Part shown: positions 37,229-49,909 of the stretch, one piece after another
Numbering within the stretch: the first letter of the stretch is position 1
How the letters are laid out: every line of letters begins with the position of its first letter
Assembly (NCBI GenBank): GCA_905178155.1
Contig: CAJINV010000016.1
Coordinates: 1,749,102 to 1,813,101 of the forward strand
DNA length: 64,000 nucleotides
Source of the DNA: Amoebophrya sp. A120
Taxonomy: Eukaryota; Protista; Dinoflagellata
Direction of reading: 5' to 3'
Notes under the pieces: generated by a model
What the model was told of the DNA's origin: nothing
What the model saw: the letters and a program-made list of their open reading frames with translations, nothing else
The model's database searches: none
Position numbers and translations under genes: made by a program

Positions 37229-40200
37229 CTACATTTTTTTGTGAAATACTTCTTCCGGGACATTGAGCGGTTCTTCAAAGTCCTCGTCTGAATTCAGTTC
37301 GCCTACAGCAACGGCCCCTCCGCTCGCCGCCCTCTCTCTATTGCTTTTGCTTCGCTTCCACTTAGAGATTTTTTTCCGCACCTCCTCGCGCACTTGATAA
37401 GTTTTCGCGCCTTCCAGCATCGAGTCCGCGATGTGTTCGGGATTCGCCATATGGCGCTCTCAAACGTTACATTCATCTCAAGAACTGCTGCATAATTTGT
37501 CATGCAAAACTCTCATCAGCATCTACACCATGAAGCTGCTACTTCACATGACAAATTTCCGAAGGGCCAAACAGCATCTAGATCTGTGCCAAACCCGTAC
37601 TGCAAGAGGCGCAATCTTCCCCCTTTCACTCTTGCTGTTTTTGCATCACAAATTCATGTGACCGTTGAGAATGTAATGTTTGAGAACTCCATACGGCAAA
37701 CGCAGCAGGTACATTTCCAGCCAGTCCCCGTAGTCCACCGGGGCCTCCACCCCGGGTTCCACCTCATCACTCAGCAGCGGCGAGGCAAACTCTTGCTCGC
37801 AGACCAGCCGGGGCAGGTACATCTCGTTTTTATTCACCCTCATCATGCCGCCGTCGGCAGATTCTGTTCCTCGGGGCTGAAACGCGGTGGACAGCAACGA
37901 AGGTTCTTCCACTTCCTCGTCCTTGTCGGGGCAGTCTGCGTCGCGACCCGGAACGCAGTCATCGTCGTCGTGGTGGTCTACTCTGGTTAATTCCTTTGAA
38001 GAAGATGTAGTTGCCGGCGTGGTACCGGCGACGAGGGGCGACATCTTCTCGCCCCGCACGGTTTCTTGGTTTACTACGACGTTACCCACATCTTCGTTGG
38101 CCTGTTGGTCGCTTTCGTGCCGTCGCTCGCTCCTCGCCCGCCGCGCGAGGCCCGCGACTTCGGTTTGGGTCACGGAATCGACCCCAATGTACTGAAAGTA
38201 CTCCATGGGGAGGTCGACAAAGTCCCGCAACCGCTGCAGTTTGGAGCTGTACCCGTAGAAAGCCTTGATCACGTTCAGGGACTCCTTTTCCGACCCGCGC
38301 CAGTAGTGCGTCACCTTCCCCACGTTCGGTTTCTTGTCCGCCACCGTGACCATGGTCCCGCAGACCGGCGGTTTCTTGTCGACCAACCACGACCCGGCAC
38401 ACACCCCGGCAACCTCGGTCTTTGCGTGGTCCACAATCAAGTCGTCAGTCTCGAACAGACATCCGTCCTCGTGCCCGCAGATCAGGTCGTACATGCTGCA
38501 GTACATCTTCGACTCCTTCTTGGTGTAGGCGGTGTCGAAGAGTTTTTTGCCCAGGTTGGAAATATCAAATGCAAAAATGTCTGGGTCTGGAAGATTGCGA
38601 GATTTGTCATGCTTGTCTGGCATGGCGAAAAAGTTTGTGATGCGTGTCCAAGAAGAGACCCTTTTGCCCGTCATGCAAAAACGCAGTTTCTTATGCGAAA
38701 AACAGAACACAAAGAAGCGCAGACGTTTCTCATGCTTGGCTGTGCATTACAGAGCATTCGCTATTCCCAACACAGCATTACAAGTTTCCAGACGCCCCAG
38801 ACATTTTTGCAATTGATAGGAAAACGGGTTCTGCGAAACCCAATCGGTGAAGCCCTCCACTTGCTCCATATCCGACCCTTCGTTCGTCGCGCACCCGGAC
38901 ACGATACACCGCGGTTCTCGTGTAGGATCATGTTGATCTTCTTGCTCAGCCTTTATTGTATCTTTTTCTTCCTTATCCTGTGCAAAAGTATCGTACTCGT
39001 ATAAATTATGCATAACAAAGTTCCTCAGCATGAGAAATAAAATTTGTAATGCTGATTACCTTAGGGAAAAGATTTGTAATGCATGATTGCAATACGAGTA
39101 CGATACTTTTGCACAGGATATTCCTTCCTCCCCTCTACAACACCGGCGGCCTCTTCCTCGAACCGCAATACCATGTGGATGTCCGTCTGTTTCCGCACAT
39201 CCATATCAAATACAAAAATGTCTGGGTTTGTCATACTAGAAGAATGCCAGATTTGTCATGCTAGTCTGGCATGACTCGAGAATCTGTGTTGCATAGGCAC
39301 GAAAAAGCCCTGCTACCTGTCATACAAAGACGCAGTTTGCCATGCGGAATACGTAAGAGATGGCAGCCAAAAAATTTGTCATGCATAGCTTTGTATTGCA
39401 GTGCGTCTATCATTCATTTTTAGCATTACAAGTTTCATCCAGTTCCAGACCCAGACATATTTGCATTTGATAATCCATTTCCTCCTGCGATTGCGCGTGC
39501 GTGTACTCACCATCCCGCCTGTGGTGCATATGCCGTTGAAAACAAGTACCGCCACCGTACTAGTGAGACTTGGTATTGGTTGAACACTTTGTTCAACAAC
39601 AATAAACCTGGAAGTCATCTTCAATCATATAGATTAAGGGATACAAAATGGATGATCTCTGTCATGCCGAGTCACTGGCCGACGTTATCTTCCCGTTCTA
39701 GTATATACAACGAGTGCGATACTTTCTTTGCATTTGATAGTGCAGAACGTGCAGCAATTTCCTTTCCGCGGTGCTTTCCTGCAAGCGTTTGTTGCTGGTC
39801 TTGAGCCCGTGTTTTGCTTTCTCTTCTTCTTCCGGGGGGAGAAGTCGGTACTGTCCCTGTTGTGGGTCCAGCCAATCACTGCTGGTGATCCGGGACTTTA
39901 CCTCGTTGAACACCGTGTCGCACGGGTTCTTTTTTGACAAAGAATCCTCGTTGACGCCCCCGCGCCGCGGTTTTACTTTCCAGATGATGCGGCACTGCTT
40001 CGTACAGTAGTCGTTGTGCGGACAGATCTCTTCCGCAAGTTTGTCCACCGTTTTTTTCTGGAACGGCCACCATTTTTTGTTCAGTCGCTTCATCGTAGAA
40101 GTTTTCTTAGTTCCAGTATCAAGTTTTTCTTCTTTCGTCCTCAGTTGCTGCTCCACGAAGGAAGATGATGACCCTACTGATGAAATCGGTTTAATATTGT

Positions 40201-43200
40201 TCAACTTCAACCTTTCTCTCGCATGCTTTTTTTCCAACACTCTCTTTACCTTTTTCCGCCAGGTGTGTTTCAACCGGTTTCTTTCCAGCTTTTCAACAAA
40301 GGAGAAGGACTGTCTTGCTGTGCGGAAAGGTTGCGGTTCGAGATGTTGCGGGTCCTCGTCCTGCTGCTGCCGTTGCTGCTGCTCTGTTCTTCCCCCGAAA
40401 GAAGTAGTAGACCTCGTAGAAGTTCTTTTTGTTGTCGCTTTATCCAGTATCCTTTCGATGTTTTTCGCCATTTTGTTGTGATACTGTTGTTCCTCTTCTA
40501 CTGTCAACTTGTTCAACAACATCGTGCTTTCCTCACTTTCATCCTTTATTTCGGCAAACGAAGAGGAAGAAGCAGCTGCTGAAATCATCGCCGGGACATC
40601 TCTTTGTGTGATTCCGTGCTTGAGTCGGCGCTCCGGAGCAGGCTTCTTTTTGTTTTTCCATTTCCTGTACCGCCCAAGGAGCGAATTACTAGTATATCGC
40701 TTCTCGGACTCTTCCACCTCCGCCTTCATTGCAGAGTCCGTCGCTCGTTGCGCCACCTCTGCGTCCGAACTTGTAGCTGATGTTGCGTTGTAGAATTTTT
40801 GAAACCGCTCCTCTTGCCGCAAAATCCTGGCGACGGAGCTCACTTTTAGCTCTAAACTCGCGAAGAACCTCCCGATCCGCGCGTTGTCGACCTCGTGCGC
40901 CAAAACGTTCGCCTTGTCGCGCTTTTTTTCTCGACCGGATGTGGCCGGATCGAAGTCATCTGTCACTGCGAAGAACGTGTCCCTCTTGAACACCCCGAAT
41001 TCTTGTATGACAGTGCACAACCCCCCCTCATTTGTAATGCAAAGTACCAAGCTCGCACCTTGCTCGCAAGCACTGCTAGCATGACAAATTTCGGAACCTC
41101 AAATAGTACTACAATCCGCATGCAGATTTGTCATGCGAACGCCCCTCTTCTGCTGTGGCTTGTGTTGCTGCTCATGCCATGCAACTGAGGGGGAGGGGGA
41201 GTTCTTGTGCACTCTCATATCTTGCTCCGTGATGTCAAAAACGGACTGCAGCATGTCCGTCACCAGCCGAGTCAAAATCGGCACGGCGCGGATCACCTGG
41301 TTCTGCAAGTCTTCAAACCGCTCGTAGAGCTGGTTAAACCCGGACTTCAATTTCTTCCAGGCGGAGCGCACGAACATGTGCCAGGAGGGCTGCATCTTGT
41401 ACTCGTACACGTCCTTTTGCAGGGGAAACATGTGCACCAGGTGGTTACAGGCGAGCAGGAACTGGTATTCCGCATCCGACCCGCGGGACAGATACCGCAT
41501 GAGAAACAGCGTTTTCTCCCCCCGGGTCAACTTGGGCAGCCGTTTTTCCCGAATGACAGCATTAGAATCCTTCTTATACCTCCGTAAAAGTTCCGGCTGG
41601 ATCACCTTCTCCGCCAAACTCTGGACGTAAATGTCCTGGGTATCGAAGAAAAAAAGTTCGTCACGATCACTCATGCGCATTCTTGCAACACAAAATTGTT
41701 TGTCATGCGTAAATATGCATCACAGCCAAACTTCATTGGGGATTTCCCTAGTGTTTCTGCAATACAAGGAAAGTTTGTGATGCCGAGAAAATTTGTAATG
41801 CAAAACATGCACGTTAGTGACTGTGACGAACTTTTTCCTTTCCATACTGAGTCGCCACCAGGTAGTAAATCATCACCAGTTTCGTTGCGGCCGCCTCGAT
41901 CACGTTTTCCGTTACGTAGGCGCCGAACCGGTGCCGCTTCTTCCAGTATGCATTGCAAATATGTCTGGATCTGAAAGGATGCAAGATTTGTCATGCTTGT
42001 CTGGCATGACTGAAGAGTTTGTGATGCGTGTCCAAGAAGAGACTCTCTTGCTTGTCATGCAAATAACGCAGTTTGTCGTGCGGAAAGCGCAACACTAAGC
42101 AGCGTCAATGCTTCTCATGCTTGGCTTTGCATTACAAAGAATTCACTATTCACAACTCAGCACTACAAGTTTCCAGACCCAGACATATTTGCATTTGATA
42201 TCCAGAACCGGGTCCCGATATTTTTCAGCCTTTCCCGCTCCTCTTCTTCGTATTCCACGCCAAACACGGCCGCGGCGGTGCTCATATGAACTGCAAAAGT
42301 ATCGCACTCGTATAAATGCATTACAAATTTCCTCAGCATGAGAAATAAAATTTGTAATGCGGATTTACCTTAGCAAAAGGATTTGTAATGCATGATTGCA
42401 ATACGAGTACGATACTTTTGCACGGGATAGCTCACCTGTCGGTACAGCTTTTTCACGGGGTTGTACTTGTTGTGGATGTGCCGCATGTACTTCGTCATGC
42501 GCTATTACGACGAAAAATGCCCCCACCTCCAAAGTTGCAAAAGTTGGTGATGCGAAGCTTCCAAATGAAAACCAAACCTTTTTGTGATGCATGAAAGGAG
42601 TATGAATCTTTCTGATGCAGACTCTAGGCGTCTATCGCATCGCTTGCATGACAAGCGCCGCTCTTGTTGGGATCTTTTGCAATACAGTTTTTTGCTATTC
42701 ATATTGGAAATCTGTGATGCTGATAGATGCAAGAGGGCGAGTGTTTCATTTGGAAAGGTTTGCAATACAAATGCTCCCAAGTTCGGGGTTGGGGGCATTT
42801 TTCATTGGAATATGCGCTTCACTTGGTTCGCGCCCGTGTCCCACACCTGCGCCATAAAAGCGGGCATTTTGAAGTACCGCTTGGCCCACCCAATGATGCC
42901 GTTGGTCGTCGTCCGGCCCAGCTGCACGTCGCGCTCCGTGTCCTTGCGCTTGCCCCCCTTGTATTACAATGAAAAACGCCCCCTGCTCCCCGTATCGAAA
43001 AAATGCTGCATTTGAGTTAGTACACGATTGGACTTGTATTGCTAGCAGGCCATCAAGAGACGCAGCTGCTGCATGAGTTCCTGCAGGCAATTGGTCATCC
43101 TGTTTCCCACTTCCAGTTGCCTCCTGTCATGCTGAAGATGTAACACTTTGTTCCCACGCCAGCCAGCACTACAGTCCGCACCTTTTTTTGCCTTCTAGCA

Positions 43201-46200
43201 TGACAAAGCTGATCTGGGACCACAAATCTGCATCACAGATTTCCGTTTTGATATGGGGAGGGGGTAATATAAATATTTTTCTTCTTGATAACTTGGTGAC
43301 GAACTCCTTCAGTTTCTCTGACCGCTTGGAGGGTTTCCAGGCCAGGTACCGCCAAACCGTACTGCCGTTCTCCACCACATCCTCTAGAGCTAAGGCCCCA
43401 AAGATAGCCATCGCAAATTGCTGGGTGTGCCGGACCAGTTCGGTCTGCCCCATATCAAATGTAAAAATGTCTGGGTCTGGAAAAGTGTAGACTTGTCATG
43501 CAGATTTTTCATGACCCATGAGGTCTGGAATGCGGGACTTAGCATGACAGACTCTGCGAGGTCTCTGCCATGCCTATCATGCATGAGAAACTCCTCTCCA
43601 ACTTGGTCAAAAGTGTGCAGCTTTTGGTACTCATGCAACACAGATTTTCGCATGCTTCAGATTTACCATGACAAGTTGAAATCTTCCAGACCCAGACATT
43701 TTTACATATGATACCCCAAAGCGGTGAGCAACGCGGAGCTTTATCAAATGCAAATATGTCTGGGTCTGGAAGAATGCAAACTTGTGCTGCGCATTCTATA
43801 ACACACAAGAATCTCTCATGCATAGGCAGCAAAAGCTGCCCACTTTCTGTCACCAAAGTCGGGCATTTGTGATGCAAATTCGGCATTGCGGAAGCTTCTC
43901 GAAACCTGTGATGCTAGAGCTTCCATGCCAGCCCTTCTGTGTCATGCAGCAGCAGCGTGACTCTTCCAGACCCAGACATATTTGCATTTGATATGCTTGT
44001 GCTCGTGCCAATGTGCACCCCGTAAATCAGGTGGCCGATGGCGAAAAGTGCGGGCAAAATCTCGATGACCAGCAGGTGAAACATGTGGTACGTCAGAAAC
44101 AGGGAACTCAACACCATGCCCGTACAGACGAGCGCAGTGGCCCAGCCCTTGAACACGACCGGTTGGGAGGCGAAGGTGGAGATCAAACGCATGTCCTCGA
44201 GGAAAGAAACGAGAAAATTCTCCTTGTCCTTTTGCCAGCCAAACTGGATCACGTTTAAGTGGTGCCTGCCCTTCACCCCGGCCGCCCCCTGCTCCAGGCC
44301 GAAGTACTGGTCCTTCGTGTTCTGAAAAATCACCTTCCAGGGCGGCATCGCCCGGATCCGGGAGATGTGCCGCAGATCGCTGGTGGCCGCATCCGGGTCG
44401 TCTCTCGCTTCCATCAGAGCGCGGTCCTCCTCCCGTGCTTCTTCCCCGTAAATGGCGAGCGACGTTTGTTTTAGTGCCCAATCCTTGTCATTCTGCGACA
44501 CGTCTTGCACTGCTCCGCTAGCACCGTATAATTGCACGGCTTCGGCGTCCATACTGTTGCTGTTCCTCCCCGCGATATAATTACCCAATACGTCTATCTC
44601 CATTTCATCTCGCTCCTTTGAGGATAATTGCAATGGCATCATCTCCTGCGCTTGGACCTCCTGTTCTCTCCCCACCGCAGACTCGAGTCGGTGCGCACAA
44701 TTCAACTCGGCGAAGTCGACTTTCTCCGTCATTTCAGCTAGTTGTGTCCGCAAAGAGTCGATCTCCTGGTTTTTCTGTAAAAGAATTTCTTCCGACTTCT
44801 TCCCGCAAGCCACCATTGCTTTTTTCAAGGCAAGATTCGTTTCCTTCTGCAACAGATTGCTGTACAGGGATCTCAGCTGGGTTACTTCCTCGTGTTCTTC
44901 TTGATCGTCGTTTTCATTTTCCGCTCCGCTTTTCGTTTTCCCTGTCGTAGGAAGAGCTTGATTTTCATTTGAAACAACGTTGAGGATTTCGTCCCTCTCT
45001 TCCTCCAAAACTGTTTCCAGATCGTGTTCGGCTTCCAGCTGATAATTCCCGGCCTGTTCCTCCAGTTCCTGTTGCAACTTTTTGATGCCCTGGTGCAGCG
45101 CGGCGTGCCTCGCTTCAGCCGCAGCGGTTCTACTCTCGGTACTTTGTTGTTCTCCGTTCTGCTCTACTTCCGCCAATCGCAATTTCTCCTCCAACTGGCT
45201 CAGCTTCTCCTCAAAACCGGCAATCAGTTGCTGAGCTTTTTCCCTTTCCCTTTCCCGCACCTCCTCTTCCCTTTTCTGGTGCTTTTCTTGCATTTTTTGG
45301 ATTTTAAACGCCAATCCGGTTTTCGTTTCGTCTATCTTCTTCTTGAAGTCAAATTGCAACTTTTTTATCTTTTCCTGCTGCTTCACCTCTAACTCGCCTT
45401 TCTGCTTTTCCAACTCTGCGTCGCACTGCGCTTGTTCTGCTTGGAGCTGAACATTGTTGGATTCTACCAACTCCTTTTCCCTTTGATTCAACCTCTTCCC
45501 ATCTTCTTTCACACTTGTTCGCAATTCATTTTCAAACTCTTTGCTCATCGTCTCGTATCGTTTGTGCACTTCCTGCACCTCCGCCTGCAGCGAGTGCAAT
45601 TCGCTGTTCCGGTCTATTGCTTCTTTTAGCTCTTCTATTTGGTCCTCCTTCATGCCAATCTCGTTTCGCAGTTTCTTCATCACTACTTGGAGTTGCTCGT
45701 TCTCTTGCTGCAAAACGTGCACCAGTTCCTGCAAAGAGTGCGGGTCCATGGCATTGATAACATTGTAGTTCGTCGTGGTTTCTAGAATGTTCTTCTCCCC
45801 AACAGAGTTGTATCCGGTGATTGGCACGTCGAAGTGCGACCCTCGGTAGTTTTCGTTCGCACCTGCCGCCGAAACTCGGTCGACAAACTGGCCTTGAGCT
45901 GGTCTCTGTACGCGAACGAGGTTGGGGTGGAGCCGTTGTTGCATCTTTGACGTCCTCTGCAGGTAGCTACTATTTCCGTCGTTCTTGTTGTCAGAGATGA
46001 TATTTGAATTCGAATTCTTCTCCTCGAAATCGTACTTCTCTTCTTGAAGCACGGAAGAAGTACTAGAAGAAGTAGCAAACGCCGCCCCCTCGGTAGTAGA
46101 TGTTGGCGCAGCTTGTCTACTTGTTGCCGCGCCTCTCGATGCACTTCTTGATGCACTACTATCTTCCAGGCCCGGTAGAAGTTCGTCTTGTTGTGCAGCC

Positions 46201-47060
46201 AGTTCAACATCACCATCATTGTCCAGCACCGGTATCGCCGGCGAGTCCGAGTGTTCGTTCTCATGATCGTCGTTTTCCTCTTTTTTTGCGCCGTCATCTC
46301 CATATCAAATGTAAAAATGTGTGGGTCTGGAAGAATGCATGTTTGTCATGCTTGTCTGGCATGACTCTTAAATCTGTCATGCACGTTGCCCAAGAGCCGC
46401 GTTTTTCTGTCATGCGTAGTAGTAGTAGTAGTAGCACCATTTAACTCCTGGCGGGTTGGCGTTAGAACAGATTTAGCCTCTGCCAATATCTGGGCGTTAG
46501 AACAGATTTAGCCTGTCATGCAGAATAGGCAACACCTACAAGCTCAGAAATTTGTCATGCTGAGCCAGCACTTGTGGCCTCCTCATACTACGCCACTCAG
46601 CATCACAACTTTCCAGACCCAGACATTTTTGCATTTGACACTCCAGGCGACGCAGCGAAAGGAGCCGCATGATTCCCTCGCTCGTTCAGCCGCGCGTCGG
46701 CAATTGGTATATCAAATGTCAAAATGTCTGGGTCTGGAAACTTGTGATGCTAAAATGTGCATGATGAAAACACTTCCGAATGCAGTCCGGCATGACAATT
46801 TCCCAAAACGCTGTCTCATAGGCAATCCGCATGAGAAACTGCGTTTTTGCATGACAAAAGAGGCTGCGGATTTTGTTGGTTATGCAATACAGATTTTCTA
46901 GGTATGGAAAGCTAGCATTACAAGTTCCAACCTTCCAGACCCAGACATTTTTACAATCCATATGGTAGAAACAGGAACCACGCGGTCTCCAGGAAACAAA
47001 GGACGAGAACAGACAATTTTCTTGCCGTAGCGCGGCTGGCGCTGGCGCTGGCCTGGTATG
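37229..47060 (-). CDS. Very large hypothetical protein (coiled coil plus hydrophobic segments, probable signal peptide), split by 15 introners
   Basis: Checked junctions are in frame: SQNPFSNLGK, GTSTSSALLTALGQTEL, HVLHHRRDGE, SPGDDGAKK. Start codon not resolved. Confidence 0.7.
37450..37693. mobile_element. Introner family G
   Basis: TIRs, DR CGCCA/CGGCA. Confidence 0.9.
38563..38818. mobile_element. Introner family A
   Basis: TIRs, DR GGAAA. Confidence 0.92.
38974..39120. mobile_element. Introner family B
   Basis: TIRs, DR TTCCT. Confidence 0.92.
39204..39472. mobile_element. Introner family A
   Basis: TIRs, DR ATCCA. Confidence 0.9.
39529..39739. mobile_element. Highly degenerate introner family B
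   Basis: TAT...ATA ends, perfect DR GTGCA, removal restores frame. Confidence 0.75.
41006..41219. mobile_element. Introner family C
   Basis: TIRs, DR TCTTG. Confidence 0.9.
41641..41846. mobile_element. Introner family H
   Basis: Reverse orientation of the 25285 copy, DR CTGGG/CTGAG. Confidence 0.9.
41947..42200. mobile_element. Introner family A
   Basis: TIRs, DR TCCAG. Confidence 0.92.
42285..42429. mobile_element. Introner family B
   Basis: TIRs, DR GCTCA. Confidence 0.92.
42503..42812. mobile_element. Introner family D
   Basis: GAAAAATGCCCCCA...TGGGGGCATTTTTC, DR TGCGC. Confidence 0.92.
42962..43290. mobile_element. Introner family E
   Basis: TIRs (AT-rich insertion in the right TIR), DR CCTTG/ACTTG. 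Confidence 0.85.
43453..43713. mobile_element. Introner family A
   Basis: TIRs, DR CCCCA. Confidence 0.92.
43742..43993. mobile_element. Introner family A
   Basis: TIRs, DR AGCTT/TGCTT. Confidence 0.9.
46303..46640. mobile_element. Introner family A with nested (TAG)n insertion
   Basis: TIRs, DR CTCCA, right end GACA; longer than sister copy 61918. Confidence 0.9.
46416..46512 (-). mobile_element. Short (CTA)n-tailed insertion, probable retroelement fragment
   Basis: (TAG)6 plus about 80 bp containing a duplicated GGCGTTAGAACAGATTTAGCCT, flanked by CTGTCATGC. Confidence 0.55.
46710..46962. mobile_element. Introner family A
   Basis: TIRs, DR TGGTA. Confidence 0.9.
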
Positions 47061-49060
47061 GTTACGGAAAATAAATTTCATACAAACTTCTTTTTGTCAT
47101 TGCGACGAAAACGTAGCTAATGCTGCTCGTCGTGGGTTAAGTGGTGCTGGTATGTTTTAGGACGACTTTCAAAATTCAGGCATATCATGAAAACGAATAG
47201 TTGTTGCACATCAATTTGAAATTACCTGCACCACTCGACCACGCGCGGCACCAGATGTGGCTTTCTTCATGGGGAATTCTTGTCGCAGGTAGCGACTACG
47301 TTGCAAATGTCGAGAGCTACTCCGTGCCGGCTGTTTCGCGACTCTAACTCTGCTCATCAGTTATTTGCACAACGCTTGGAGTAGGTACATAAGTACTTAA
47401 TACTTGCAGCAGCAAATCATTTCACTCCACGATAATTGCACCAGCAACCAGGTTCTACTTACCAAGCTCAAAGAAAGCTTTGACCAAACGAATTTCAGTT
47501 TGATAGAAGATCAAGATGCGTCAAGATGAACCCTGCCTATACTAACTTCCGACCGCGCGCATGCATCAACAGCTGGCGCGGCCGTGCAAAAAAATAATTC
47601 AAAGAAGACGATTACTACAAAAACGTACGACCACGAGGAAAAGACATACAGACGACGAGACGAACCACAATATTCAACATCCTCTCACGATGGGCGGCAG
47701 CAAATCGAATGCGAATCCTTTACCTTAGATACAGGAAAGACTAAACGAGATTTTTGAGTGCACTCCTTACTTCTTGTGAAGATGCTTCAGACGACGAAAT
47801 CACTCCAGTTAAATCGCAACGAATCTTCTCGTCATCTACATCTTTCTGATGCCACGGAAAAATAACGACCCTAATGCTAACGAGGAAGACCCGTGGTACC
47901 TGCGACCTTACTCAGAACAAGGCAATGCAATTGGAAAAATCGTGACTGCGGACAATGTGGATGTGGTCCAAAAGAATTTCATTCCAGCATTCGGAGTTAG
48001 TTTTGCTTTTGCAAAAGCAACACCGGCACCGCGCGCTGCAAAATAAATGTCCCAACTACTTTATCCCTTTCCATTATAATCACACAGTGGAAATTTGTTT
48101 AAATGTTTACAGTCTTCATACATAATTTAGAAGTAGTGGACATCACGATCAGAGATAATTTCCATACAATTGCAATGCTCAACATCTTGTGCGTCTTTTT
48201 TTCGACCCAGCAATGATAATGAATGCGAATAGAATAGACTAGATTGGCTCCAGATGCAGCGCAATATGTCCCTGAATCCACGTCGCTATGCCTATGTTGT
48301 ATCTATCCACAATAAAGGCTGGATCCAGGGATACATAGAGCACGTTTTATATCGCTCTTCGATCAAAGCACAGCAGCACTGCTAGAGCCTTTCGTCGATA
48401 AGCATCTTCGCAGCCAATGAGCAAATCATCGTCTGGTCATCTCATTCCTAAATAGGTAGGTCGCTAAAAAATTTGATGAAATCTTACACCGTAAGTAGCA
48501 AAAACTACAAATTGCGTTCTTGTTCTAGTGGAGGCCGGGCAGTCCCAGCTCGTTATCGTAGCAACAGTTCAGATGGTTTAGGTTTTTACCAACTGCGGTT
48601 TGCCAATTTCACTTCTGCCGTAGGATCCTCCTCATCTCAGTCCGACTGAGATGGGAAGATCCGTAGTTGCGCTTGCATGTAGTGCTTTTCGTTCTTGTAA
48701 TGTTCTGCTCATCCAGTTGTTTGCCTTTTATGCCAATAGACAAGAAGCACTCACTGCCGAAGAAGTTTAGATGAATAAGGTACCTGTCTAGAAGTTGTAG
48801 AACAGATGGAAATGAAAAAAAGGTCAAACGTAGTCGTGCTAAAAATGTGATTGAGATGCCTTTCTATTTGTGTTTGTTCTGTAGTAGGTGAGTCGAAGTA
48901 GAGCTTTTTCGGAAGCGAAGCGCCCGCGGCCCCGATTGTGATTCATTATCGACCTGACCTCCACCTGAACAAGAACAAACCCCGAAAATAAATCAAAGAT
49001 CATTTTACACAATCATTTCATCCGCGGCCTCGTCTCCCGAGATTGAGTTCTTCTGCGGCA

Positions 49061-49747
49061 CTATAATATACCTGTTTCTCCCGGTCCCGCGCTCGTAAGA
49101 TCGTCAGGAAAGAGTGGCTGTTTTTTCCGACCTAATTGTCGTCCTTCTTTGTCTTCCAGAAGCTTCGGGACCGGCACAATTATTTCAGCTAGCGCTTCCT
49201 TTGTTGTTTGTTGCAAGTGTCGTCTTTCGCTTTCTTTTTCTTGATTCATCGTCCTTCCGAAAGAGTGATAGAAGTTGTTGTTCCGAAGGGATGATAGAAC
49301 GTAATCATCCGTGGTCTGCTCACGAGAACCAACTTGATCAACTCCGTCTCCAAAAGACCGCAAATAAGTAGAGCCAGCACTACTGGTGCCTCCCGCATCG
49401 CTACTGTTGGAAGACCACTGTAAATTGGAGGAGGACCAAGACGGGGCCACGGCGCTAGCAGTTGTGCCACTACTGCTACCGCTGCCGCTAGCAAAGGAGC
49501 CCGGTGCAACACTACCGGCGTGAGAAGAAGAAGACCACGTGCTTCTAGCGCTGGTGGGAGCTGCTCCTGCTCCTGTCGCGGTGCTGTCTGATCCACCTCC
49601 AAAAGATGTCAACAGTCCCGTGCTGTCGCTCAGCCGTAGGCTCGTCCGCGACTTTTTCGCATTAACCAGAGAGAGAACTAGCGGATCTGAGATCAAGTCA
49701 AAGAAATGGTCATCTTCGTCTAAATCGGGATGAAACAACGGGATCAC
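49061..49747 (-). CDS. Ser/Gly-rich hypothetical exon, possibly the 3' part of the upstream gene
   Basis: 228-aa open frame with composition like neighbouring exons. Confidence 0.4.
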   Translation of the reverse strand: MIPLFHPDLDEDDHFFDLISDPLVLSLVNAKKSRTSLRLSDSTGLLTSFGGGSDSTATGAGAAPTSARSTWSSSSHAGSVAPGSFASGSGSSSGTTASAVAPSWSSSNLQWSSNSSDAGGTSSAGSTYLRSFGDGVDQVGSREQTTDDYVLSSLRNNNFYHSFGRTMNQEKESERRHLQQTTKEALAEIIVPVPKLLEDKEGRQLGRKKQPLFPDDLTSAGPGETGIL

Positions 49748-49909
49748 CCGCTCGCGATACGGAATCTTGGTCCCGGTAGTACTAGTACCACCTGCCGCTT
49801 CGATATAGTAACTCTTTGCTGCTGACGGCAGGGGAGGTGGACCACGGCTTTCAGGAGCTGAAGCTGTAATAAAGCCTCGAGAAATATTAACACCTAGCGA
49901 TTGTTCTGG

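Noticed and set aside
38066-39004. Long plus-strand ORFs (also 54836-55597, 55974-56690)
   Set aside because: Antisense shadows of codon-biased minus-strand exons.
43418-43711. Recurrent peptides CKNVWVWK, FQTQTFLH and PDPDIFAF as a protein family
   Set aside because: These are translations of the family A TIR, not genes.
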